From Azolla caroliniana (lineage: Eukaryota > Plantae > Polypodiophyta), in the NCBI GenBank assembly GCA_043228905.1, contig JBHGNT010000010.1, positions 3,658,001-3,722,000 of the forward strand: 64,000 nucleotides of DNA. The letters run 5' to 3'. Position numbers and translations under genes: made by a program. A model generated the notes under the pieces. The model saw only the letters and a program-made list of their open reading frames with translations. It made no database searches and was not told where the DNA came from. Numbering within the stretch: position 1 is the stretch's first letter; each line of letters begins with the position of its first letter. Below, in pieces: positions 1 to 13,147 of this stretch.

Positions 1-3000
1 TTCATAGTGTGATTTATGAGGTCATTGCCTCAAGCCTCCCAAATGACAAGTAGACAATGATAGGATCTTGCCTAACAACATTATAGTGATTCTCATGTAG
101 AATGTTTTTTAAGTATGATGTAGGATTTAGTAAAGTATCGAAAGATGATACAACATTATATTTTTTTCTTTGTTTCACAAAGTTACATTATGTAGTTGTT
201 GATGAATGCTTGGGCAATCACCCAAGCTTCATCCTTCTATGTGAAACCAACATCCTTCACATTGTCAGCGAGTTCAAAAGACTCTGGTGGGATTTAGTTC
301 GTAATTTTGTTTTGAACTTGCCTATTTGTAGACAACCTATATTTTTTGAAAGTTTCATGTGATGCTTAACATCAATTTTTTGTCATTCTAGATCATTACC
401 CGTAGCTTTTATTATCTTGTAGAATCTTTCTATGGTGCACCTCCAACAACATTGTAGCCATGATGACAATCTGGCATTGAAAATGTTGCATATGACCATG
501 TTAGATCATATTAGCATACAATCAATGAAGTTTTTGAAAAGAAAGAAGTATTGGATGTGAGTTGGTGAGTCCCAACATGGAGTTGGTCTAACAAAGAAGA
601 ATGAAGTACGCCAAATGGACAGAGATGTCTAGATTGTACAACAATGCACATTATTCGTGAAGATCATACATATGTCTCTCTTGAATTTGGTAAGTCGTGA
701 TTGAAGTGGAATTTTATTCAGATGATAATAGCAAGTTGTAATTTAGATGGATAAACATGAATTATATATGGTAATGTCATATGAGTATGTTGCATTACCA
801 TAAATGAAAATGTGTGGTTTTAATTGTTGTTTTAGTTTTTTCGCAGTTCTAGGATAACCTTACATGTCTTTGTTTTCAATAAGTTAACATTAATAGCCAA
901 CAAATGTTGTGAGATTACTAGCCATGAGTGGGAAAGCTAATATGCGGCCATGTTTGAAAACGTAAAATCTTTAATGATTTATTAAGTTTCACAAGGGACT
1001 TGGAGTGCACCACTATGATTACAATTCCAAATTATATACACAACATAAACTACAAATTCTAAGCAATGCATTAAATGTAATCATAATGATTACAAATGTA
1101 CATGAAGAGCTTACAGAATCCTAAAGCTCCAACTTACAAATGTCATCATTTTCTAATGTAAATGAAGGGGGAAAGTGGTAAGAACATTAACTTCCGAATT
1201 CAATTTCAATACGTCCATGAGTGAGACACATGTGAACTTTGAAGGTTTATATATATGCATATATAAGATCGAATTGAAGAAAAAGCAATGAAACCTTAGA
1301 TTCGGTTGTGGCCAAATCTCTAACAGTCAATAATTACCTTTGACTTAACATTAAATTGGTCATGGGGTAGGACCAAGAATGTAGGGATCATGCAACGAGA
1401 GGAAGGAATCAAAGTAGTGGAAATTTTAATTTCAATTGATTTATTCTTGTAATGATGATGGTGATGATGATTATGGCCATGTTAAGAGTTGATTAGACTT
1501 TAAGAAATTCCTACATTTGTTTTTATAAAGGGGGAAAGTGGAATGGAAAAGCAACCTTAGGACGGCAACATAAATAAAGAACAAGGAAAAAGGACAAAGT
1601 GGAAAAAGTGAACTATAATTTCCTCACTTCCCCAAGGACTAGAAAACACCATTGGAATTCTATCCAGGAATCTATACATTTTGGCACAACAAACCCTTCA
1701 TGTGAAAAGAGATCCTTTTTGGGAAAGCAAATAATATCACCATTTGCCATACTTTCATTCAATTATCTAGGGCAATCTAGACCAACAAAAATAATAAAGT
1801 TTTCAACAATGTAAATGGAACTCTAATCCATGATTTTAGATGTTTACCATTGAATCAAGGTATTCTCTAAGTGGCCTTAAAACAAAACAAGAAGGAAAGT
1901 GGAGATGCTCATCACTTGTAGCTTGTAGGAAAGAAAAGTGTGTTGCCACACATGATTCAAAAAGAACCTAGAAAGAAGAAATGGAAACTTGGTTAGAGAT
2001 GTTGGTTCCGACAAATGAGGTTGATGTCTACCTCAATGCATCCTTGGTTCACCAATTGTGATGTAATAAGAAATTTTCATCATGATTAGGTTTTGAATTC
2101 CATGGGATAGGGAGGGTGTCACTTTCAGAGAAAAAAGTTGTGTGGGCATGGCACATTTTCAATCTTGTTACCAATATGTATCATATTTGTTTTTGAACCT
2201 CAATCTTCCTATGGTACAAGGGAAAGTTCCGATCATCTTTCCTCTCTTAATGGTGGTACACTATCTAAAAGCAAATTCTTCGTTACTTTTGATGGAGGAT
2301 TTCTGGAGAGAAAGAGTCGTTACGAATCTTTGGACGATTCGGATTCTTAGTACCACGTTCACATTACATTCTCCCTCTTCCTTTTTATCATTTCAAATTT
2401 TAGATAATATTGGTTGACACTCCCCCCCCCCCCAAAAGAGGTCATTCTTGTGTATCTATTATCATGATTCCAAATGGCCTTCGATCCTTCCATTCTAATG
2501 GGCTACGGAGTCAAATATAGATGCATCATATATACACATATATTCATTCCAAGCTTTAATTTTGAAGTCCAAATTTGTTGAAGGGAACCCTAGTGATTTT
2601 TCTAAAGTATTTTGAAGGGTAACTTCCCAAAATCTTTTACATCATGTAGTTTTTTCTATGTAAAACTAAATGAAAGCAATAACCAATCATGATTAATATT
2701 TATGCAAGTATATGTTGTGTATAGTTTTAGTATATGTACATGTATACATATTTTGATTTTTGATGGACAAGGATTAACCAAATCGAAACACTAGGTTAAA
2801 CATCTCGAGTACATTTGATTTTTATACATCTAATAATGTGTGGTGTATTTCTGTATGTGTGCATATATGCATTGTGAAAGTGCACTGACATGCCCAAACG
2901 ACATTTCCCTATGTAGAGTTTAAAGTTGGGAAGTTTTTGAAGTTGGTTTGAGGGAGAAAATGGTTGGTGGAAAGGTCAATTCGTTTCATTTCCATGGAAG

Positions 3001-4842
3001 AGGAGGGTACAAGTGGAGTTCTCTAGCCTAGGCAAAGCATCCGATATACGTTTCGCTATCCATTAACAACAGTGAAAGCGTAAATCTTTTTCTTTAATGC
3101 AACAATGTTTTTTCTTCGTGATCCATCCTTAGTAAATTCCTTTGTTAATTATACATGAATATTATACAATTTGAGTTAGATATACCAATTGATTATATGC
3201 AACGTAAATGTGTGTCGTTGACATTGTTGAATTTAATTAGAAGTTAATGAGCGAGGGAGAACGTGCTATGGTAATCTAAGACATGGTGAAAACACTTATA
3301 TAAGCACAATACCATTGAATCATGGTTTTATTTGATGAAAGAATCTCTCAAAGCTTGCATTTGAAATGTCTAGAGTGGGTAACAAATGGAAGACGTTATG
3401 GTTATCATAGACAAGTTATACATATTGGGTTGTGATCATAGTTTGTGTTTTTTTTTTATGGCACCACGATGTTTAACAACACAACCATCCGCACTAATTA
3501 ATTGCCTTTATGTTGCCAATATATTCTGTTGTATATAACGAGCATTGCATCTCAAATACAATAAATAGTACTTCTCTTAGATGTGATACATATTAGCACT
3601 TTTAACGCATTTGTTTTGATGAATATGCAACAGTGTAGTACACTCACTTTTCCCGTTGAAGAGGGGTATAAATGCAGATAAATTCTCGCACATGGGTTGC
3701 TTAGACATGATGAGCCAATACCATTCAAAACCTAAACTACCTTCATTAATTATTTGCTTCTGCACATTGGGAAAGAGAACCATTGAATAAATTGCTTAGG
3801 TAATAACAAACCAACCACCTCTCCTAAGATGTAATCTACTTATGTTAGATTTTCGTAGTGTAGTAAAACATAGTGCCAAGTTGTTCTCTCTATAAAGCTC
3901 ATACATATACCTAGATTTTGCTATCTTCACAAGTAATAAGTATTATGGATTTTAAGAGCATCTAAACAAGCAAATTTGTCACATTTAGATTTTTCGTAAA
4001 CATCAAAACTTGAGTCTATTATACTCCATTTCTTATGCGAAATGATAGGAAATGAAGAGAAAATGTCATGGCAAAGCAAGCCAACCCAAGAAAATATTTT
4101 AGAGGTTAATGTTTAATCGACATTTTTTAGAGGCAAGGCTTTCCAAGGAGAAGTATGAAAACAATAATGTGTTAAATAAGTGAGTAACTCGAAGAATGTA
4201 AAGTCACGATGTGTTAAGGAGATAAACTTGATTGTTACTACTATTATGAAATCAAAGTGTATGGAGGTGACATGCCGAGGAGATAAACGTGACTATTAGT
4301 GCTATTTGGAAGTCAAAGTAACTATATTTGGGCATGATTTGTTGAGAAGACAAACCCGAGGCCTATTACTACGATTACGAAGTCAACGTGTATGGAGCAC
4401 ATAGTCTCGAGGAAATAAAACCCGACTTCTACAACACTACTACTATGATGATAGATAACTAGCATGTAAGGGCAAGCACATCTAGATGGCAAACGTGGGC
4501 GATTGATTATAGCCAAAGTAAATGAAGTTACACAAGGATAAAATATTATAGAGCCTAAGAAAGGTTGTATCAATAAATGAATGGATGAAATCTTACTCTT
4601 CTAGAGTTAGTGGTACTACTACTACTACTACTACTACTAGTGGTAGTAGTTGGATGTTTTTTTGTTTTGCTTTTGTTGTTCCTTCCTTGCACGTTACTCC
4701 ATATCCATGTGTAATAATGAATTCATATCACATTTCATGCATGCCATACAAACACACACACATACATACATTCATACATTCTCTACATGTGTGGGTGGAC
4801 TCCCATACATATATTACATGACATGACATACTTATGTACATA

Positions 4843-5212
4843 CATAACATAACATAACATGACATACATACATAAATAACATAACATAACATAACATAAC
4901 ATAACATAACATAACATGACATACATACATAAATAACATAACATAACATAACATAACATAACATAACATAACATAACATAACATAACATAACATAACATA
5001 ACATAACATAACATAACATAACATAACATAACATAACATAACATAACATAACATAACATAACATAACATAACATAACATAACATAACATAACATAACATA
5101 ACATAACATAACATAACATAACATAACATAACATAACATAACATAACATAACATAACATAACATAACATAACATAACATAACATAACATAACATAACATA
5201 ACATAACATACA
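4843..5212. repeat. (ACATA)n pentanucleotide microsatellite, ~370 bp
   Basis: Directly visible, near-pure ACATA array. It produces the spurious (YVMLC)n ORFs on the minus strand. Confidence 0.97.
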
Positions 5213-5931
5213 TCCTCTACATGCGCGGGTGGACTCATATACATGTATTAATGTACAACATGCATACATACACATATACATACATACTTGACATGCATGC
5301 ATACACAACATATATAGTCCATATTACATAAAACAATATACACATACACATGCATGCATCATACAATGCATGTATTATTCTTAGACACTAGGTAATGTGG
5401 AAATTGAGGTACAAAGGGTGTTGATGCAGTCAATATATGTAGATGGATTTGTTTTTTGTCTTTTAAAGAAATTTTAATCCCATTTTAATTAAAAAATTTC
5501 TTGTGGAATATGCTGTATAATTATGATTAGCTACTACTATAAATCTCATGATGGTAAGTGGGTCTAAAAATGCTGAGGTTTTCTGCTTTTTGCCTTCTTT
5601 GTTTCCACAAAATAATGATTGTCTTCCTAATAATAATAATAATGTTACCACTATACATAGTGTATGCTTTGCTTTCTGTTTTTTGCTTTTGCTTTCCCAT
5701 GGATTTATAAAAAGAAGAAGGAGGAGGAGGAGGCAGTAAAAGATTGAATACAAATAAAATACCATAAAATCAAGAGGAAATACATCAAATAAATAAAAAT
5801 TTAAAAAAAACTAAATAGAGTGGGAAAATTAATTCAAAAATTGCTGTTTCAGAGGGGGGGGGGGGGTCATTGAATGAGAGGAAAGAAGGAAAAAAAGGTC
5901 TCATTTATATTATTAGTTCATAATTTTTGGG

Positions 5932-5939
5932 TATAAATA
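5932..5939 (+). promoter_or_regulatory. Putative TATA box of the MIR396 primary transcript
   Basis: TATAAATA followed by a pyrimidine-rich leader, ~480 bp upstream of the miR396 hairpin. No protein-coding gene follows it. Confidence 0.45.
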
Positions 5940-6407
5940 GAGAAGTAGCAAACTCCCCTGTTCTGCCACCACCCTCTTCTTCTTCCCCCCCACATACAAA
6001 TCATTCACAAAAAATAGCCCTCTCCATATATCCTTCATTCCATAGATTGTGCTTAATTTAGTTCCTATATAATTTAGCAGTTTAAAATCTCCTCCTCATC
6101 CTCTCAATACCTTGCTTGCTTGTTACTTGCCTCCATAGTAAGCAATCTGAGCTTCCATAGCATATAAAGTTAAGCAAGTAGTACATAACTAGTTGTAAGT
6201 TATAGTAATAGTAAATCAGTAGTAGTAGTAGTAGTAGCAATAATAATTTATGATGCTCTATATCTTGCCTCAATTAGTAGTGTTTTGTGCCTTCAATCTT
6301 TGGCAATGCATTTCTTTTAGCAATGCTTTTATTTGGCCCCTCTTTTTTAATCACATCATTATCTCATATGACTACTTACCCCCGACAATTAATCGATCGG
6401 AGTTCTC

Positions 6408-6597
6408 GCCTATTTTTCCACGACTTCCTTGAACTTTCGACTAATGCGATCCGAATGAATACTACATACTATCGATCCATTCATTATATATTTACCTATC
6501 ATGTATCCATTGATTTATATGTATATGGTAAAATAGGATTGAATTCTCTATTGGAACATTAGTGCTAAGCTCAAGAAAGCTGTGGGAAAACATGCCA
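6408..6597 (+). ncRNA. MIR396: MIR396-family microRNA precursor (5p guide 6416-6436, 3p star 6569-6589)
   Basis: 5p arm TTCCACGACTTCCTTGAACTT resembles miR396 (UUCCACAGCUUUCUUGAACUU). 3p arm GCTCAAGAAAGCTGTGGGAAA matches the miR396b-3p sequence as I recall it. The arms pair at 18/21 positions including G:U, and the stem extends via ACTAATG/CATTAGT. Confidence 0.88.
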
Positions 6598-9500
6598 GCA
6601 ATTCTGCAATTCTGCTCTTCCCTCTCATGAATGAATTGAATACATACATTACATGTAATCAAAATGCTTTTCATTCACATGAGGGGTTCAATGCATCACA
6701 TTGGTAAGACAAACAAATATATAATCGATCATACATGTATATGATATTAATTCTCTTATAATGATTAACATTACTAATTGTATATATATGCTATAAAGTT
6801 TAATAGCAAAACCTAAAATTTAATCTAATTTACTTCATATTTTTAAAATCCCCCCCCCTTTTAACATAATCATTAGACATAAGCTCACAAATCAGAATGA
6901 AATAAAATTAGATCAATTTCAATTAACCAGATTTGTGGCTAATTTTGAAGGAAGTAAATTTGAGTAATTCTCTGTTCTTAAAGTTGTACAGTAACTTGTA
7001 CTATATTCCCATACATCTATAAATTAATATTAAAGTAATATTCTTGAATACTTGATATTGAAAAAGGATTAATCAGACATTAAAAGAAGAAAAGGGCCAA
7101 AATAAATAAAGAAACGTATGAGAACAAAAAAAAAAAACCCTAATAAAAAAACAATTATATACAAATAAATGATTTTGTTATCTACATATTTAAAACTTTC
7201 AATGAATAAAATAAATGGTTTAATAACTATAATAATCCGTGCAAAGTCCACCAAATGCACTGTTTCCGATTTATAAATGGTGTCCATATATTATTTGTCC
7301 CACCCCATTAAGTTTCTGAGCTCATTTTTCTCAGCCCATTAATAATGACTAATTTTATTATTGAACAGAATAAATACTCACTTTTCTTTCCTCTTCAATG
7401 ACCACACCACAATTCAATACATAAAAAAGCATTAATAACAGTAAAGATAGCCTTTATTATACAATTGTAAAATTTTGTGATCTGTTGTGACAGGTATTTT
7501 ATGATCATCATAATACTAATAGTAATAATAGTAATAATAATAACAGTAACAATAACACTACTAACTATTATTTTACTTATGATTATAATATTATTGTTAA
7601 TTAAATAATTAATTTATGCAGATTTTCTTCTCGATTAATTAATTAATAATTATCTTTTGTTTTTATTATTTTGTTTCAAGTAAAAGAAAAAGGCCAATTT
7701 TGATTTTTAACTTTTCCTGCATTTTTATTATTTAGTTTGACTAGTTTCATTTTATAATGATTTTATTTATGTATGCAAACCTAGAGAATTTTGGAGATTT
7801 TATTTTATAATTATTTATGTGTGTCAAGTAGTCTTTGGGCTGATTTATTAATTTATGAAAATGCTAGAGAATAATGGAATTTTTAAATATAGATTTTTTT
7901 ATTTATGTGAAGGTAGAAAACATTGTGTTTTTTAAAGTACATTCTTACTCAATTGATGTAAAATGTTAATGTACGAACTTTATAGGGCTCTACCTATTTA
8001 TAACTAATGGAAGGAGCTTTTTTTTAATGTAAAAAATAGAAAAAAGATTGGGCTCTACCTAAGAAGAGTTTCCAATTTTTGATTTAAAGTTTTAATGCAT
8101 GTTTATGTTCTGATGAATATCATGATTCATGAGTAGTTTGATATGCTCACAAATATGTGGTGCTTAGTTCAATTTTTTTATATGCCGTTGTATAGTTTGA
8201 ACATTATCCAATTGTATATAACTCTAATTATAAGACAGTGTCTGCAATGCCATTCTTATTTTGAAACTCTTTTGTTTTAGGGTTTACCAGTTAAAATACA
8301 CGATGTGATTTCTGACATGGATTTTGTACACCGAATAATAGATTGGATGAATTCAAATTATAACATATGCATTTGCTATTGTGCTCAAAAATCAATCCCT
8401 AGTTTTCAACCCATGTCATTAGGTTGCATCCTTCTATGGTGGTGTCTTACATGTACGACATGTATCAAGACTTGAAGATATATTTGGGGGCATCAATTGT
8501 CCATTTGAAAATGCTACCTCTGCACAAATCGAAGGCAATTGGTATGTTTGTAATGCAATGCTACATCACATGAAATAATATTCACTATAGCTAATTTGAG
8601 GGTTTTTTGTTAACACCTACAGGTTTGGTTTTGCTATTAACTATAAGCATCATTAGACCTTAAAATTTGGTTTCCTCTTTGAACATAATGGGATTCATGA
8701 CGTGTGGACATGATATATTATTCATGTTAATCACATGTTACCAAGTTTAGTTTGAATCGGGTTGTAATAAAAAGCTAGTGTTTGAATCGGGTTATAGATT
8801 TGCAATAAAAACAAGTCTATTACAATGAATGTTTGAAGATGATTGTTTAAAATCATATATTACAATGAATGAATGGATTGGACCTTGATAATATGATTTA
8901 GGGGTTTGTATTTGTCTTTTGTTTATATCACCCAAAGCCAAAGTCCACATAAATCCACATCTTTCTATGAGGGTCAAGATGTCCTTGATGTGGCCTTTAT
9001 TTGGACATAATGGTCATTATTTAGTCTACATAAATACTTAGAATTCCAATAGATGCATAATGCATTAATGTATGCTTGAAAATTCATCTTGTAAGGTACA
9101 ATATCGCCTTCATGATTGTTCAAAATAAGAGCAATCCGCGAATGAGTTATTAGAAAATTCGTCGACCTTGAAGTACAAGATGTCTCTCGATTTGTTATCA
9201 ACGTTAATTGTAAGGCAAATTATATATGTAGCTAACTAGATTGAAAACATAAGACTAGTAGAATGCTCAACATATTACTATAAGAACAACAGAACTCTTA
9301 TTTTGCTATTTGTTTACTAGACATATATTTAATATAAATATGACAACAATTCACCTACATTATCATCAACTCGGCCTATACAATTACTGCATGGAGTCTC
9401 CATCTAAGCCATCTACCACAAAATTACAGTTGTCGTACCCAATGCCATGATGGTTGTGCCTTTAAACCAATTTATAGGCCCACAACAACTAACTTGCTTT

Positions 9501-10999
9501 TGTAGCCTCCTATTTCTTGCAATTAACATCTATAGCACATATATGCACACATGCCAATGCAAAAACTTTTATATCAAGTGTGTGAAACCAAGCAGATATG
9601 CTTCATTTTTCTTTGTTTTTCAAAGTGATCTTAACCATGTGCGCTATTTAATATATAAAAAAGCTATTAATCATATGCACAACAAACATGTTTGGTCAAA
9701 AACTTTAATCACATACACTATCATGTATTATGTATACATATGTATGTGTGTGTGTGTGTTTGATGGAAAAAATAAAGAAATTGGCACTAAATAGGCAACT
9801 AACTGCATCTATAAATTTTCTCCGCGTTCTTGCACGCTCTCAATCTATATTAAAACATCCATTTGAATGCATTTATTTGTTTATATTAATGAACAAGAAT
9901 TTTTTGTGATTTAATGAAGTCATTATCACTCTTGTAATTTGTACTAAAACGACATCAATTTATAAATCTAAGGATAGTGATGATGAAAATTTTAACATGT
10001 CATTGTATTGATATCCATTGCAAATAGGGTCGATGTCCACCATGAGCATTTATATAATTGGTAAGTACATAACTCAACTAGACTTTCCATACTCTATCTC
10101 GGATGCCCATAAATGGGTTCATAGGTGGACTTGTGTCTTGTGTTGTCTAGATGTCCTTTACTTGAGCCACATACTCCATCCATGTGGATTTTGAATATCA
10201 GACACTATTTGATAGGCTTCACCCATGCTTTCAGGATCATCATTGAGTAGAGAAAGCTATCTTGAGCCAAGATGGCGTCATAGTAATGTTTTTCATACTT
10301 CTCATTGTTGTTATCCTTCCCCCCTAAACATCTATCTCGTAGTAAGACTTAGATTACAAATGAATTAGAATATTTGGTCTTTCTCTACCATTTGCGAAGG
10401 TTATTAAGATTGCATTTATTTGATTCAAAGAAATGGTAGGTGGTCCAATAGTCTTTCAACTGAGGTTTTATGGCATCCAATTATAGTTGATGGAGACATC
10501 AATGCTAATTAGTAGTTGAAAGAGCTCAAAAATTTGATAACACCACCTTAGTAAGTGAGGAATGGGTTAACAATTAATGTTTTAGTTGTCATTATTATAT
10601 ACTTGGTTTCCTTACATTCATAGATTTGTTGCTCTCTTTACAAAATCATTCAATGATATGATCTAAGAATCGAAGAGTGTTGAAATCCATAAGAAGATCA
10701 TCACAATTAAGAGAGCTAACATACCTAAATATTTTCCTAAGTTTAGTATTGCCATTTGTTCAATTCTTGCTTATTGTATGATCGAATTATCTAAGTGGCT
10801 TAGGTTGCTTTAGCCTTGAATTGCCTCAAAGTTAATTTTGAAACATATGAATAACTTATGAAGTTCTATCCATGATCATTATTCAATGCAATGGAGATAA
10901 TAGAAAGTTGTGTGCGTGCGTGAGTGACTGAGAGAGAGATTCTTCTCGATTATTGCATTGAAGTTAAGCTCTTAATTCAATCATTTGTTTTAATGGTGG

Positions 11000-11790
11000 G
11001 TTGAAGAATTCAGGGATGTGGTTTATATTGAATCTCAAAGGTTGTCAAAATTTGAAGATGCTTAATGATGGTTGTGTATTCCCCAAATTATGGATTTATT
11101 TGGTAGAAATTACAAGATACACAATTGTTGCATGGATCTTTACCAATGAAAGCAAATGGTGCTCCTTGGGTGCATTGGTGGTTAAAAGATGCTAATTGCC
11201 CATTACAAGTCACCACAAATATATTGTGTAATCATGCAATGTCATCATTGTCTTGGTTATCTCCTAAAGTAGAAAAAGGTGTTGAATGTATGCGAGTCAA
11301 ATGCAAGGTGGTGGCGTATATGCAACGTGGTTGGCATTCCCATTTTCCATCTTGTGCAAAGGTATTCATATGGGAGACATGATTGGTGGATTGGCAACAA
11401 GTTCAACCTTAAGGATATAAGGATTAGGTCATGTACATGCTTGTTTTGCACCATTCCATTGGAAGATAGTATGTATAGGTTCATTAAATGCCCTATAGCT
11501 CAAATAATTTGGTTTAAATGATGAGTTAGAGATCTTGTTCCAATTTTTATGGTATTGGGGGTTTTAGCACAATGGGATTATGCGTAATGCATTCATGTTT
11601 TATGATAGACATAGGGTGCAAGCCTATCTTAAAGGCATTCTCATGTGGAATTTTTGGATGTTGGATCACGTGGGGATCATTTTCTGAAATTCATATTTAA
11701 GTTTTTAGTGGTTTTATAGGATTTCCGTCTACTTACATAGATAGAGAAGGCTAAGAAGTTGTAATAGAGGTTTTCAAATAAAATTAATAA
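11000..11790 (+). mobile_element. Degenerate L1-like LINE 3' fragment (zf-RVT region)
   Basis: Broken ORFs contain WRICNVVGIPI...CLFCTIPLEDSMYRFIKCPIAQIIW, resembling the CxxC..E...H.F..C zinc-binding motif of LINE ORF2. Confidence 0.55.
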
Positions 11791-11816
11791 TTGTGTGCTT
11801 TTACGAGAGAGAGAGC

Positions 11817-11846
<30 letters not shown>

Positions 11847-11847
<1 letters not shown>

Positions 11848-12052
11848 CCCAGATGGATGTAGCTCAGTTGGTAAGGTTGCCCAATGGAGACTAGGTGGTC
11901 ATGGGTTCAACCCTACATTCCACAGTGGCATCTAGTGAATCAAGAGATATATATGAAGTATATAATAGAGAGAAGTGAGAAAATTGGGTTTCGAACCCAA
12001 AACGTAGTGCTTGTAGTGTTAACAATTTACCACTAGAGTAAGTTAATTACAA
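11847..12052 (+). mobile_element. tRNA-derived SINE-like element, copy 1 (bipartite)
   Basis: A box TAGCTCAGTTGG and B box GGTTCAACCC. Homologous to copies at 12075, 13148, 24011(-) and 44313. A second, inverted tRNA-like module lies at 11984-12046. Confidence 0.8.
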
Positions 12053-12074
12053 GAAAAGAGAGAGAGAAAGAGCG

Positions 12075-12203
12075 AGACGGATGTAGCTCAGTTGGTAAGG
12101 TTGCCCAATGGAGACCGGGTGGTCATGGGTTCAACCCCTACATTCCACAATGGCATCTAGTGAATTACGATATATAGGTTAAAGCATGCTACGATGTACC
12201 AAA
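12075..12203 (+). mobile_element. tRNA-derived SINE-like element, copy 2 (shorter, different 3' end)
   Basis: GGATGTAGCTCAGTTGGTAAGGTTGCCCAATGGAGAC...GGTCATGGGTTCAACCCC is nearly identical to the copy 1 head. Flanked by GA repeats. Confidence 0.78.
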
Positions 12204-12420
12204 GAGAGAGAGAGAGAGATTTATTTTCAATGTCCAGATGAGATTGATTGTGATCTATGAGATAGGGTATAGCCCATGGTGAGGATAAAACCTGCCGCTC
12301 TCTCAATTTTAAGAATTTGATACAAAGAATCTATTGTATATACTTATAAGATAAATGCAATTTCATACATGTTCTATAATGAACAAGTTAATCTCTTAAT
12401 TGAGCCATGCAATCATTTAT

Positions 12421-13140
12421 TCCCCTAAGCTTGATCTTGCACTCCCCCAAGCTTGATCTTGCACTCCCCCAAGCTTGATGGATCAAACATATGTTGGGCA
12501 TGTGCCTTTGGAAATTGTCCTAAAATCACATGTCGTTTGATGATCGGTGATGATATGTTGAATCCACATCCTCTATAAAGATTAGTTCACATTGTAGTGA
12601 TAGTTCATGCCAACTTGCTTTGTGTAGGCATGTAACCTAGATTCTACACAAGTTGACAGATGTGGCAACCACAACACCCCTATCTTCCAATTGACATCCA
12701 TATATACTTGTGGGTGCATTAGTACATGCCCTTCATAAAATATATTGCAATATGTGGTTCCTTTGGCATATTGCAAATATTTTTTGGCATAGTCCAAGCA
12801 TGCATCATGTGGCGTTTATAGTATTTGCCCGTGGATTTCAATCATATGATTATGGTCAATGTATGTTAAATTCAAGTATATCAAATAATTGTTGATAATA
12901 TGGTGTTTATAGTATTTGCCCATGGATTTCGATCGTATGATTATGGTCAATGTATGTTAAATTCAAGTATATCAAATAGTTGTTGATAATATGGCGTTTA
13001 TAGTATTTGCTTGTGGATTTCGATCATATGATTATGGTCAATGCATGTTAAATTCAAGTATATCAACTAGTTGTTGATAATATGGTCATATTCTAGACTT
13101 TCAAGCATATTTTTCTAACAACAAGAGATAGAGATTAAGA
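12421..13140 (-). mobile_element. Ty1/copia RT-RNase H remnant with repeated PPT
   Basis: Minus-strand DYAKKYLQYAKGTTYCNIFY...QVYMDVNW resembles the copia motif AKRVLRYVKGT..YG..Y...GYTDADW. AAGCTTGGGGGAGTG PPT-like 22-bp repeats occur at 12421-12478. Confidence 0.6.
12810..13082. repeat. Tandem repeat, 3 x 91 bp
   Basis: Units start at 12810, 12901 and 12992 (TGGCGTTTATAGTATTTGCC...) and are nearly identical. Confidence 0.93.
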
Positions 13141-13147
13141 TGAAGTG

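Noticed and set aside
100-4500. Short ORFs and TE-like patches in the first 4.5 kb
   Set aside because: Probably very old transposon debris, but no diagnostic motif could be read with confidence.
4728-5311. Three 150-160 aa minus-strand ORFs of (YVMLC)n
   Set aside because: They are translations of the ACATA microsatellite, which has no stop codon on that strand.
8600-8750. Faint resemblance to the PIF1/Helitron helicase C-terminal motif (FA.TINKSQG.TL)
   Set aside because: Too degenerate and needs several frameshifts. It cannot be supported without a profile search.
11847-11925. Possible genuine tRNA gene (also at 12075, 13148, 48668 and 52845)
   Set aside because: No complete acceptor stem or cloverleaf, and the copies are embedded in repeats. 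Treated as tRNA-derived modules.
12810-13082. CRISPR-like regular repeats (also 14240 and 15711)
   Set aside because: These are head-to-tail tandem units without unique spacers, in a eukaryotic context with no cas genes.
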